Assembly (NCBI GenBank): GCA_963760755.1
Contig: CAVXEE010000004.1
Coordinates: forward strand, 141,555 to 205,554
DNA from: an uncultured Actinomycetes bacterium
GTDB taxonomy: Bacteria; Actinomycetota; Thermoleophilia; Gaiellales; JAICJC01
DNA length: 64,000 bases
Reading direction: 5' to 3'
The translations under genes and the position numbers were made by a program. The notes under the pieces are model-generated. The model worked only from the letters and a program-made list of their open reading frames with translations, was not told the DNA's origin and did no database searches. This document shows positions 37,586-48,260 of this stretch, one piece after another (the stretch's first letter is position 1; each line of letters starts with the position of its first letter).

Positions 37586-39538
37586 TCAGTGCGCCGCGGC
37601 GGGCTCGGCGATGCCCATCCCGGCCAGCGTGCCCTCGCGGATCGCCTCCTCGAACGAGCGCGGACTGAGAACGTCGCCCGCGCGCTCGACCGCGACCCCG
37701 GCCTCGAGCAGCGCGTCGTTCAGGTCGTTGCGGGCCGTGCGCCCGGCGCTGACCACGAGCGTGTCGACGGCGTCGATCAGCACGGTCCGGTGGGAGAAGA
37801 CGTTCACGCACTCGACCGCGCCCGGGCGCAGGCCGACGGGCCGCAGGTGGTGGACGAGCTCGACGCCCGCGTCGTCCAGCCGGGCCAGGTACAGGTTGCG
37901 CTGGTACTGGTGCACGCCCTGGCCGAAGGCGATCGCCGACGTCATCAACCGTACGCGCGCACCGAGCGCCGCGAGCGCCTCGGCGACGTCGAAGCCGGTC
38001 CAGTCGCCGCCCCAGTCGCTGACGAGCACGCTCCCGCCGGCCGCGGCGCCGGCGAGCACGTCCCAGGCATGGACGACCGCAACGCCGTCGCCGGGGAGCG
38101 CGGGCGTGTACGGATCGGCGCCGGACGCCAGCACGACCCGGTCGGGCGCAAGCGCGCGCACCTCGGTGACGCCCGCGTCGACCCCGTAGCGGACGTCGGC
38201 CGCGGCGAGCCACGAGCGGAGCACGTCCATCAGCCCTTCGGCGATCTCGGCGTGGCCGGGCGCACCGAGGGCGAACCGCATCTGGCCGCCGTGCGCGCTC
38301 CTCCGCTCGAGCACGGTCACGTCGTGGCCGCCCGCGGCCGCAGCGGCGGCAGCGGCGCACCCGGCCGGCCCGGCGCCGATCACGACCACCCGCTCTGCCG
38401 CCGACGCCCGGCGCGGTCGCGGGAGCGTCGCCTCGTAGCCGGTCCACGGGTTGATCGTGCACGCGATCGGTACGCCCGCGTGGTAGTGGCCGATGCAGCC
38501 CTGGTTGCAGCCGATGCAGACGGTGACCGGCTCGCCGGCGCGCGTCCTTGCGGCCAGGTTCGGGTCGGCGATCATCGCGCGCGTCATCCCGACGGCGTCG
38601 CACACGCCCTCGCCGATCAGGCGGTCGGCGTCGGCGGGATCGAGGATCCGGCCCGCGGCGATCACCGGGACCGAGACGCGCGGCGTGAACCGCGCGGCGA
38701 ACTCGGCGACGGCGTTTCGGCCGGCCGGCGGCGGCGGCACGATCCAGGTCGAGCCGCGGTACGTGGACGAGCCGCCGAGCGCGACCGAGATGTAGTCCGC
38801 CAGGCCGTCGTCGGCGACGACCCCCGCAGCCTCGATCACGTCGTCCCAGGAGGCGCCGTCGAACGACCCGCTCTCGTCGGTCAGGCGGCAGCCGACCGCG
38901 CCCGCGTCGCCGATGCCCTCCCGCATCGCCTCGAGCACCTCGCGCAGGAACCGCAGCCGGTTTGTGAACGAGCCCCCGTAGGCATCGGTGCGGGCGTTCG
39001 CGTGCGCCGACAGGAACTGCGTGGGCAGGTAGCCGAACCCGGCGCACACCTCGACGCCGTCGAGGCCGCCCTCGCGGGCGTGGACGGCGGCCTGGCGGTA
39101 GCCGGCCACCATCTCGCGGATCTCGGCGACGCTGAGCGCGCGCGGCTCGACCAGGAACCGCGCGGACGGGATCGACGAGGCCGAGACCGCGGGCGCACGC
39201 GGCCCCGACGTGATCATCTCGCGGCCGCCGTGGAAGAGCTGGCACATGAGCCGCGTGCCGTGCTCGTGGACGGCGTCGGCGAGCCGCCGGTAGACGGGCA
39301 CGATCTGCGGCAGATAGCCGCCCAGCGTATGAGCGGTGAGCAGGCCGGTGGAGTGGACGGCCGTGGCCTCGATCACGATCAGGCCGGCCCCGCCGGCCGC
39401 CCGGGCGCGGTGGTAGGCGATCAGGTCGTCGGTCGGCAGATGATCGTGGACGAGCGTCGTCTGGTGTGACGTCGATACGATCCGGTTCGGGATCGTCACC
39501 GGGCCGAGCGCGAGGGGCGAGAACAGGCGATCGAGCAC
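37586..39538 (-). CDS. Old Yellow Enzyme-family NADH:flavin oxidoreductase fused to an FAD/NAD(P)-binding domain (2,4-dienoyl-CoA reductase-like)
   Basis: Inside ORF 37586..39667, with in-frame GTG at 39536-39538 (VLDRLFSPLALGPVTIPNRIV...). OYE motifs: QLFHGGR, DGVEV. 4Fe-4S-type CIGCNQGC. C-terminal VVVIGAGPAGCAAA. Confidence 0.85.
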   Translation of the reverse strand: MLDRLFSPLALGPVTIPNRIVSTSHQTTLVHDHLPTDDLIAYHRARAAGGAGLIVIEATAVHSTGLLTAHTLGGYLPQIVPVYRRLADAVHEHGTRLMCQLFHGGREMITSGPRAPAVSASSIPSARFLVEPRALSVAEIREMVAGYRQAAVHAREGGLDGVEVCAGFGYLPTQFLSAHANARTDAYGGSFTNRLRFLREVLEAMREGIGDAGAVGCRLTDESGSFDGASWDDVIEAAGVVADDGLADYISVALGGSSTYRGSTWIVPPPPAGRNAVAEFAARFTPRVSVPVIAAGRILDPADADRLIGEGVCDAVGMTRAMIADPNLAARTRAGEPVTVCIGCNQGCIGHYHAGVPIACTINPWTGYEATLPRPRRASAAERVVVIGAGPAGCAAAAAAAAGGHDVTVLERRSAHGGQMRFALGAPGHAEIAEGLMDVLRSWLAAADVRYGVDAGVTEVRALAPDRVVLASGADPYTPALPGDGVAVVHAWDVLAGAAAGGSVLVSDWGGDWTGFDVAEALAALGARVRLMTSAIAFGQGVHQYQRNLYLARLDDAGVELVHHLRPVGLRPGAVECVNVFSHRTVLIDAVDTLVVSAGRTARNDLNDALLEAGVAVERAGDVLSPRSFEEAIREGTLAGMGIAEPAAAH

Positions 39539-39561
39539 GGCGCCAAGATATCGTGCCGGCG

Positions 39562-39765
39562 ATGCGGGTCGCGGCGCATGGCGCCTCCTGGTGCCTGCTC
39601 GGCCCGGACGCCGAGCTGCGGCGCACGGACGACGACGTCGAGGCGGCGGCGCAGCGGATCCGCGCAACCGGGCTGCCCGATGCGGACGGCTTTGCGGCGG
39701 ATCTCCTGCGGCCGGCCTCCGCGGAGGAAGCGACGACGGAGTTCGAGGCGATGGCGCGTGGGTGA
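39562..39765 (+). CDS. small hypothetical protein (67 aa)
   Basis: Distal part of ORF 39466..39765, from ATG 39562. Third positions are almost all G/C. No family recognised. Confidence 0.45.
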   Translation: MRVAAHGASWCLLGPDAELRRTDDDVEAAAQRIRATGLPDADGFAADLLRPASAEEATTEFEAMARG

Positions 39766-40035
39766 GAGTGACGGGCGCGGACGGCGAACCTCACTGCCAT
39801 CTGTGTGGCACTGCCCCCCGCAGCGTCCACCGTCCGCATCCCGTGTCGATTCGGATCGAGGTGTGCGCGTCCTTGGTGCCTACCCTTGGAGGCGCGGTCG
39901 CAATGGTGTCCATTGCTGGGGGTCCCACTCGCGGGATCCACACTCGGAGCTTGTGCCCCTGTGAGGACGCCGCATGTTGAGCGGTTCCCGGTTTCGGCAG
40001 CCGAGCCGTCTCTAAGAGACCTCTGGCTTTGCGTG

Positions 40036-40060
40036 CTCACCTCGCGGTGAGTTTGCCTTT
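40036..40060 (+). terminator. weak hairpin plus T-rich tract
   Basis: CTCACC tcgc GGTGAG followed by TTTGCCTTT. It could end the transcript of the 39562 ORF. Confidence 0.3.
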
Positions 40061-40082
40061 ATCGATCCGTTGACCATATGAT
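40053..40082 (+). promoter_or_regulatory. candidate sigma-70-type promoter (TTGCCT-N18-TATGAT)
   Basis: Hexamers lie at 40053-40058 and 40077-40082, inside a locally AT-richer stretch. I counted 32/60 G+C for 40021-40080. Confidence 0.3.
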
Positions 40083-40089
40083 CGGCGCC

Positions 40090-40388
40090 GCCGCGGCCGG
40101 CGTCGTCGCTCGTACGGGGCGACTTGCGTCACCTGTTTGGGGTAGCCGCTCCGCGCTGGAACGCATTTCCACTTCCGATGGGGCGGATCACCTCTCTGTG
40201 AATCCCCCGAAAAGGGGAGGCAGCCCTCGCCAACCTGGAGGAAACTGCCCAGGCCTGGCACCCGTCCTTACTGGGCACGTTCGAGCGCGAGCCAGGCCGC
40301 GGTCGGCCCGTTCACCCCCCCAAGAACGGCCACCTCGGGTCCCGCGGGCGGGCCTCACAGAGGCCCGCCGGCGCGGACGCCGGTTTTC
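40090..40388 (+). ncRNA. candidate ~300-nt non-coding RNA (unclassified)
   Basis: No ORF has coding-like composition. It is bounded by the candidate promoter above and an intrinsic terminator: CCGGCG cgga CGCCGG TTTT at 40368-40387. It contains the hairpin CCGTTC-ACCCCCCCAA-GAACGG (40308-40329, 7-C loop) and GGCGGGCCT-cacag-AGGCCCGCC (40347-40369). The 5' CCGGCGTC (40097-40104) can pair with the terminator 3' arm. Confidence 0.35.
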
Positions 40389-40446
40389 AGTTGGCGTGGG
40401 CGCCCCCAATTGACATCCGGCGTGGATGCCAATTGGGATGGGACGG

Positions 40447-40452
40447 GATAAT
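40447..40452 (+). promoter_or_regulatory. candidate -10 box (GATAAT) for a leaderless formiminotransferase transcript
   Basis: GATAAT-gccgccg-ATG(40460), with 7-nt spacing. The arrangement matches the one at 10469-10474. Confidence 0.3.
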
Positions 40453-40459
40453 GCCGCCG

Positions 40460-41347
40460 ATGCGCGGCCTCCTCGAATCGGTGCCGAACTTCTCGACGGG
40501 GCGCGACCCCGGAACCGTGGCGGCGATCCGGGCGGCGGTCGCGGCGCACGCGGCGGTGCTCGACGTGCACTCCGACCCCGACCACAACCGCTCGGTGCTC
40601 ACATGCGTCGGGCAGCCGGACGCGCTCGTCGCCGGGCTGGCCGCGGGCGTCGCGGCCGCGATCGAGCGGATCGACCTGACCACGCACGAGGGCGTGCATC
40701 CGCGCGTCGGCGCCGCCGACGTCGTGCCGTTCGTGCGCTTCCGACCGGACGACCCGCAGCCCGAGCTCGCGGCCCGCGCACTGGGCGAGCGGATCGGCCG
40801 CCTGGGCGTGCCGGTGATCGGCTACGGCGAGCTCGGCGGCGGCCGCCGCCCGGCCCACTTCCGCGCGGCGGGGCCGGCGGGCCTGCAGGCGCTGATCGAC
40901 GCGGGCGACGTCGTGCCGCTGTTCGGGCCGGCGCTGCTGCATCCGACCGCCGGCGCGGTGCTCCTGGGCGTGCGGGCGCCGCTGGTCGCGTTCAACGTCG
41001 ACCTGCGCACGGCCGACGTCGCCGTCGCCCGCGCGGTCGCGGCGGCGGTGCGTGAGCGCGACGGCGGCATGCGCGGCGTGCAGGCGCTCGGCCTCCTGCT
41101 GCCGCGCACCGGCCGCGCGCAGGTGTCGATGAACCTGATCGACCCGGCGGGCGCCCCGCTGCACGAGGTGGTCGCCGAGGTGGCGCGGCTCGCAGCGGCG
41201 CACGGCGTCGAGGTGGAGCGGGGCGAGCTCGTCGGCCTCATGCCGGCCGCAACCGCCGCGGCCGCAGCCGGGCGCGCGCTGCTCCTGGACGGCATGCCCG
41301 CCGACCGCCTGCTCGAGATCGCCTCGGGCGGCGAGTTCGGCCTGTAA
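40460..41347 (+). CDS. glutamate formiminotransferase (FtcD N-terminal-type domain only)
   Basis: Inside ORF 40391..41347. ATG at 40460 (or 40451). N-terminus LLESVPNFSTGRD and HPRVGAADVVPF match the formiminotransferase family. No cyclodeaminase domain is present. Confidence 0.8.
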   Translation: MRGLLESVPNFSTGRDPGTVAAIRAAVAAHAAVLDVHSDPDHNRSVLTCVGQPDALVAGLAAGVAAAIERIDLTTHEGVHPRVGAADVVPFVRFRPDDPQPELAARALGERIGRLGVPVIGYGELGGGRRPAHFRAAGPAGLQALIDAGDVVPLFGPALLHPTAGAVLLGVRAPLVAFNVDLRTADVAVARAVAAAVRERDGGMRGVQALGLLLPRTGRAQVSMNLIDPAGAPLHEVVAEVARLAAAHGVEVERGELVGLMPAATAAAAAGRALLLDGMPADRLLEIASGGEFGL

Positions 41348-41375
41348 GCATTCCGACCGGTAGGCTACGCGGCCG

Positions 41376-42911
41376 GTGACGGCCACGATCGAGCTCAGCG
41401 GACACGACCTCACCATCGACGACGTCGAGCGGGTCGCGGTCGGCGGCGCCCGTGCAGAGCTGGGCGCCCAGGCCCGCGCGCAGATCGCCGCCTCACGCGC
41501 CCTGATCGACCGCGTCGTCGCCGAGGGCACGCCCACCTACGGCGTGAACACCGGCTTCGGCCGGTTCGTCGACGTGCACATCGCCCCGGCCCAGGCGGCG
41601 CAGCTGCAGCTCAACCTGCTGCGCAGCCATGCGTGCGGCGTCGGCATGCCGTTCCCCGACGAGGTGGTGCGGGCCGCCACCCTGCTGCGCGCGAATGCGC
41701 TCGCGAAGGGCTCCTCCGGCGTGCGCGTCGAGCCCGTGCAGCTCCTGCTCGACCTGCTCGCGGCCGGCGTGCATCCGGTGGTGCCCTCACGCGGCTCGCT
41801 CGGCGCGAGCGGCGATCTGGCGCCGCTCGCCCACCTCGGCCTCGTGCTCGTCGGCGAGGGCTCGGCGCGGATCGGCGACGAGGTGTTGCCCGGCGCCGAG
41901 GCGCTCGCCCGGGCCGGCCTCGAGCCGGTCGTGCTCGCGGCCAAGGAGGGGCTCGCGCTGATCAACGGCACCCAGTTCATGGCGGCGATCGGGGCGCTCG
42001 TCCTGGCCCGGGCGCACCGGCTCGTGAAGCTCGCAGACGTCGCCGCCGCCCAGACGATCGAGGCCGTGCGCGGCTCGCGGACGCCGTTTGCGCCCGAGCT
42101 GCAGGCGCTGCGCCCGCACCCGGGGCAGGTGGCGTCGGCCGCGAACCTGTACCGGCTGCTCGACGACTCCGAGATCGTCGCGTCGCACCGCTGGTGCGGG
42201 CGCGTGCAGGACGCCTACTCGCTGCGCTGCGCGCCGCAGGTGCACGGTGCGGTGCGCGATGCGGTCGCCTACGCCGAGGGCGTCGTCGCCATCGAGCTGA
42301 ACGCGGCCACCGACAACCCGATCGTGCTCGCCGAGCGCGGCGAGGTGATGAGCAACGGCAACTTCCACGGCCAGCCGGTCGCGTTCGCGCTCGACATGCT
42401 GAAGCTGGCCCTGCACGAGCTCTCGTCGATCAGCGAGCGCCGGATCGAGCGGATGCTGAACCCGGCGCTCTCGAACGGCCTGCCCCCGTTCCTGACGGCC
42501 GACGGCGGCCTGAACTCCGGCCTGATGATCGCCCAGTACGTGGCCGCGAGCCTGGTCAGCGAGGGCAAGGTGATGGTGCACCCCGCGAGCGCCGACTCGA
42601 TCCCGACGAGCGCCGGCCAGGAGGACCACGTGTCGATGGGGGCGACCGCGGCCGTGCACCTGTGGCACGTGTGCGCGAACGTCGAGCGCGTGCTCGGCAT
42701 CGAGTTCCTGTGCGGCGCCCAGGGCCTGGACTTCCTCGCGCCGAAGCGGCCGGGGGCGGCGGTCGCCGCCGCCCATGCGGCCGTCCGCGAGATCTCGCCG
42801 CACCTCGGCGACGACCGCTCGCTCGCGGCCGAGATCGAGGCGCTGGCCGGGCGTCTGCGCGACGGGTCGCTGCTCGCCGCGGTCGAGCGCGGCTCAGCCC
42901 CGCTCGTCTAG
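41376..42911 (+). CDS. hutH: histidine ammonia-lyase
   Basis: ORF 41376..42911. The MIO-forming motif GSLGASGDLAPLAH is present. Confidence 0.9.
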   Translation: MTATIELSGHDLTIDDVERVAVGGARAELGAQARAQIAASRALIDRVVAEGTPTYGVNTGFGRFVDVHIAPAQAAQLQLNLLRSHACGVGMPFPDEVVRAATLLRANALAKGSSGVRVEPVQLLLDLLAAGVHPVVPSRGSLGASGDLAPLAHLGLVLVGEGSARIGDEVLPGAEALARAGLEPVVLAAKEGLALINGTQFMAAIGALVLARAHRLVKLADVAAAQTIEAVRGSRTPFAPELQALRPHPGQVASAANLYRLLDDSEIVASHRWCGRVQDAYSLRCAPQVHGAVRDAVAYAEGVVAIELNAATDNPIVLAERGEVMSNGNFHGQPVAFALDMLKLALHELSSISERRIERMLNPALSNGLPPFLTADGGLNSGLMIAQYVAASLVSEGKVMVHPASADSIPTSAGQEDHVSMGATAAVHLWHVCANVERVLGIEFLCGAQGLDFLAPKRPGAAVAAAHAAVREISPHLGDDRSLAAEIEALAGRLRDGSLLAAVERGSAPLV

Positions 42912-42912
42912 G

Positions 42913-44011
42913 TCAGGGCACGAGCTTGTACACGGAGCCGTCGAGCGAGATCACGTAGAGGCCGCCGGCCGAGCCCTCGCCGAACGCGTCGATGTTCGGC
43001 ACCTGGAAGCTGATGTGCATCAGCACGGGGCGGCCGCCGGCCGCGCGCCGCTTCCAGATCCGCCCGGAGCAGTTGTCGGCGTAGAGGTACTGGCCGCGCA
43101 GCCCGGTCAGGATCGTGCCGCGATAGACGTAGCCGCCCATGACGGCGCAGTTGCTCGGGCCAGACGACGTCGCGTGCGGGTAGACGATGGCCGGGAACTT
43201 CAGGTGCGTGCGGTTGATCGGCTGCACCTTGAACACCGAGTTGCCCTCGTAGTAGCTCCAGCCGAAGTTCGTCCCCGCGGGCGTGCCGGCCTTCAGGTGG
43301 TCGACCTCCTCCCACGTGTCCTGGCCGACGTCGCCGATCCACATGTCGCCGGTCGTGCGGTCGAACGAGAACCGCCACGGGTTGCGCAGGCCGTACGCAT
43401 ACACGCTCGGCTTCGCGCCGGGCACGCCAACGTCGAGGCGCAGGATGCTCGAGAGCGGGCCGCCGCTCTGGCCCTCGTTGTTGGGATCGCCCTCGCTGCC
43501 GCCGTCGCCGAGCCCGATGTAGAGCTTGCCGTCGGGGCCGAATTGGAGCTGGCCGCCCTTGTGGTTGTCGAACGGCTGGTGCACCTTGACCAGGATCACC
43601 TTCGAGCTCGGGTTGGCGATGTTCGGGTGCAGACGCTCGGTCGTGTAGCGGGCGACGCGGGTGTCGCCGTTCTTGTTGCTGAAGTCGACGTAGAACGAAG
43701 CGGTTCGTGCGGTAGTGCGGATCGAACGCGATCGAGAGCAGGCCCTCCTCGCTGACGCAGCTCACGTTGCGGGTGATGTCAAGGAACGGCCGCCGCAGCA
43801 GGCGGCCGGCGCGGTCGATGCGGACGACGCCGCACTTCTCGACCACGAAGAGGCGGGTGTCGCCGGGGGGCGACGTCAGGTACACCGGCTGCGAGAGCCC
43901 GTGCAGCACGCGCTGCAGACGCACCGCGGCGGAGGCCGCCGGCGTGCCTGCCCAGACGAGCATCGACGCGGCGGCCACCGCCACCGCCGTGATTCCCAGA
44001 CGCCGTCGCAC
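42913..44011 (-). pseudogene. secreted PQQ-dependent (soluble glucose/sorbosone) sugar dehydrogenase family protein, one frameshift
   Basis: The N-terminus is in ORF 42908..44011 (signal peptide ...GLLSIAFDPHYRTNRF). The rest is in ORF 42913..43599 (..HQPFDNHKGGQLQFGPDGKLYIGLGDGG..., GLRNPWRFSFD, NFGWSYYEG). The junction is at about 43690-43702 (cgcttcGttctac). Confidence 0.75.
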
Positions 44012-44053
44012 GGGGCCATGCTAGACCACAGCGGCCCCTGATAGCGTGTTGGC

Positions 44054-45750
<1,697 letters not shown>

Positions 45751-45754
<4 letters not shown>

Positions 45755-46437
45755 GCGCGGGGACGGCCGTCCTCACCGGCGTGACGGGAGGGTGGGGGCG
45801 GGCCGTCCTCGACCGCTTCGTCGCGCAGGGCTGGAACGTCGCCGTCACGCATCGCGGCGACGCGCCCGCCGACCTGCCCGGGGGCGTGCTCGCCGTCGGG
45901 GCCGACCTGACCGATCCGGCCTCGGCCGAGGCCGTCGTCACGGCCGCCGCCGAGCGGTTCGGGAGCGTCGATGCGCTCGCGAACATCGCCGGGGGCTTCG
46001 CCGCCGGCGGCACGCTCGACCAGGCCCCGGTCGACGTCTGGCGCTCGCAAATGGCCGTGAATCTCGACACCGCCTACCACATGACCCGGGCGGCGCTGCG
46101 GCCGATGCGCGCGGCCGGCCGGGGCGCGATCGTCTACATCGGCTCGTCGGCGACCGAGCGCCCGTTCCCCGGCGCGGCGGGCTACATCGTGTCCAAGTCG
46201 GCGCTCGCCGGGCTGATGCGTGCCGTCGACGCCGAGGTGCGCACCGAGGGCATCCGCGCGAACACCGTCGTCGTCAAGATCGTGGACACGCCGCGCAACC
46301 GGGCCGACAACCCCGACGCCGACTTCTCCCGCTGGACGACGGGCGCCGAGCTGGCCGGCGTCATCGAGTGGCTCTGCTCCGAGGACTCCGCGCCGCTCTC
46401 CGGCGGGATGATCCCCGCATATGGCCGCGCGAAATAG
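45751..46437 (+). CDS. short-chain dehydrogenase/reductase (SDR) family oxidoreductase
   Basis: Distal part of ORF 44482..46437. GTG 45751 overlaps the hutU stop (GTGA) and follows GGAGGAG. Motifs: [13 protein letters not shown]. Confidence 0.75.
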
Positions 46438-47653
46438 CTTCCTGCTCACCAACCTGGCCGCCGCCGCCTCGCCGGCCGGCGCCGGGGCGCCGCTGCGCGG
46501 CTCCGACCTGGGCCGCGTCGACGTGGTCGCGCCGGCCGCGATCGCGGTCGTCGACGGCCGCATCGCTGCCGTCGGGCGGCCGGATGCCGTCCGCGCCGAC
46601 CACCCTGACCTCGAGCCGCTCGACGGCCTCGGCCGCATCGCCATCCCCGGCCTGGTGGACTGCCACACGCACCCGGCCTTCGGGGGTGACCGCGCCGCCG
46701 AGTTCGACCTGCGCGCCCAGGGCGCCGACTACGAGCGCATCCACGCCGAGGGCGGCGGGATTGCCGCGACGGTCGCGGCGACGCGCCGGCTGGGGCGCGA
46801 GGGCATCGCCGCGGCGGTGGGGCGGCATCTGGTCTGGATGGGCGCGCACGGCACCACCACGGCCGAGGCCAAGTCGGGGTACGGCCTCGACCGCGACACC
46901 GAGCTCGCGAGCCTGGCCGCGATCGCGGCGCCGCACCCGATCCAGGCGGTGCCGACGTACCTCGGCGCCCACTCCGTCCCGGCCGAGTTCGCAGACGGCG
47001 ACGAGTACCTCGACTTCGCCATCGCCGAGGTGATGCCCGAGGCGGCGCGCAACGCCGAGGCCGCCGACGTGTTCCTCGAGCGGGGGGCCTTCAGCGCCGA
47101 GCAGGCCGACCGCTACCTGCGGGCCGCCGCCGGGCACGGCCTGCTGCTGCGGATCCACGGCGACCAGTTCACCGAGTCGGGCGCGATCCCGCTCGCCGTC
47201 GAACTCGGGGCGCGGTCGGTCGACCACCTCGAGGCCACCGGGCCGGCGGGGGTGGCGCAGCTCGCCGCGAGCGACGTTGCCGGCGTGCTGCTGCCCGTCG
47301 CCGCGCTCTCGCTGCGGCGCAGCATGCCGCCCGCGCGGGCGCTGATCGACGCCGGCGCGATCGTCGCCCTCGCGACCGACTTCAACCCGGGCAGCGCCTA
47401 CTGCGAGTCGTTGCCGACGGTGATGAACCTGGCCTGCACGCAGCTCGGCATGTCCGTGGGCGAGGCGCTGGGGGCGACGACGGTGAACGCGGCCTGGGTG
47501 CTCGACCGCGCCGCGCACCTGGGCCGGCTCGCGCCCGGCTACGACGCCGACATCGTGCTCCTGAGCGCGCCCGACTGGCGTCACGTCGCCTACCACCTCG
47601 GCGGCCGCGTCGCGGCGGTCTACAAGCGGGGCAGGCGGCTGCGGCAGCTGTGA
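46421..47653 (+). CDS. hutI: imidazolonepropionase
   Basis: ORF 46421..47653. Motifs: GLVDCHTHPAFGG, IHGDQF, DFNPGS. Confidence 0.9.
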   Translation: MAARNSFLLTNLAAAASPAGAGAPLRGSDLGRVDVVAPAAIAVVDGRIAAVGRPDAVRADHPDLEPLDGLGRIAIPGLVDCHTHPAFGGDRAAEFDLRAQGADYERIHAEGGGIAATVAATRRLGREGIAAAVGRHLVWMGAHGTTTAEAKSGYGLDRDTELASLAAIAAPHPIQAVPTYLGAHSVPAEFADGDEYLDFAIAEVMPEAARNAEAADVFLERGAFSAEQADRYLRAAAGHGLLLRIHGDQFTESGAIPLAVELGARSVDHLEATGPAGVAQLAASDVAGVLLPVAALSLRRSMPPARALIDAGAIVALATDFNPGSAYCESLPTVMNLACTQLGMSVGEALGATTVNAAWVLDRAAHLGRLAPGYDADIVLLSAPDWRHVAYHLGGRVAAVYKRGRRLRQL

Positions 47654-47681
47654 GCATCCGGTGCCTGGCACCGGACATGCA

Positions 47682-48167
47682 TCAGCCCGGGCAGGCGGGC
47701 GCCTGCGGCAGGCGCGCGAGCAGGTCGGTCAGCGCGGCGAGCTCCCCGTCGCTGTAGCGCTCGGCGAAGAGGGCGCGCACGCCCTCGGTGTGCGACACGC
47801 GGGCACAGGCCAGGCGGGCGCGGCCGGCGTCGGTGATCTCGGCATACGTGACGCGGGCGTCGGCCGCGCAGGAGGCCTTGCGGACGAGGTCGCTGCGCTC
47901 GAGGCCGTCGAGCAGGCGGGTGATGCCCGACGCCGTGAGCAGCACGCGCTCGGCCAGATCGACCCGGCGCAGGCGGCCGCCCTCGGCGTTCTCGAGGTGG
48001 ATCAGCACCTCGAAGTCGTTGATCGTCAGCCCGTGGCCCGCGATCAGCTCGCGGTTGAACTGGCGCGTGACGGCCGCGTGTGCGCGCAGGAGCCCGACCC
48101 ATGCGTCGACCTCGGCGACCTGCTCGGTGCCGTTGGCGCGCTCGATGTTCGTCGGGGCGGTGCTCAC
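47682..48167 (-). CDS. MarR family transcriptional regulator
   Basis: ORF 47682..48167. Winged-helix region RRVDLAERVLLTASGITRLLDGLERSDLVRK. Confidence 0.8.
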   Translation of the reverse strand: MSTAPTNIERANGTEQVAEVDAWVGLLRAHAAVTRQFNRELIAGHGLTINDFEVLIHLENAEGGRLRRVDLAERVLLTASGITRLLDGLERSDLVRKASCAADARVTYAEITDAGRARLACARVSHTEGVRALFAERYSDGELAALTDLLARLPQAPACPG

Positions 48168-48260
48168 GCGTCCTCGTCTGGTTGCTTCCTCAAGTATCCC
48201 TCAGTGTAGATCGTCACGACTATTGTGGCAATCGCGACGGTCGGACCGCCGCCGGAGGCG

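Noticed and set aside
39805-40050. 81-aa ORF (MALPPAAST...) and other short ORFs inside the non-coding island.
   Set aside because: Trp/Cys-rich, with weak third-position G/C bias compared with real genes here, no start context and no family resemblance.
40200-40290. ZTP/THF-type riboswitch upstream of the folate-dependent formiminotransferase. A GCCTGGGCA-like string is present.
   Set aside because: The string is on the minus strand relative to the gene it would regulate. The other conserved ZTP segment (GGGTCGTGACTGGCG-like) is not present.
39770-40390. RNase P RNA, tmRNA or SRP RNA in the non-coding island.
   Set aside because: Hallmark motifs are absent on both strands. These are GGAAAGTCCGGGC / ACAGAACCCGGCTTA for RNase P, the GGGG...tag ORF...GGTTCGA(A/T)TCC...CCACCA frame for tmRNA, and the GGAAGGAAGCAGC-type domain IV for SRP.
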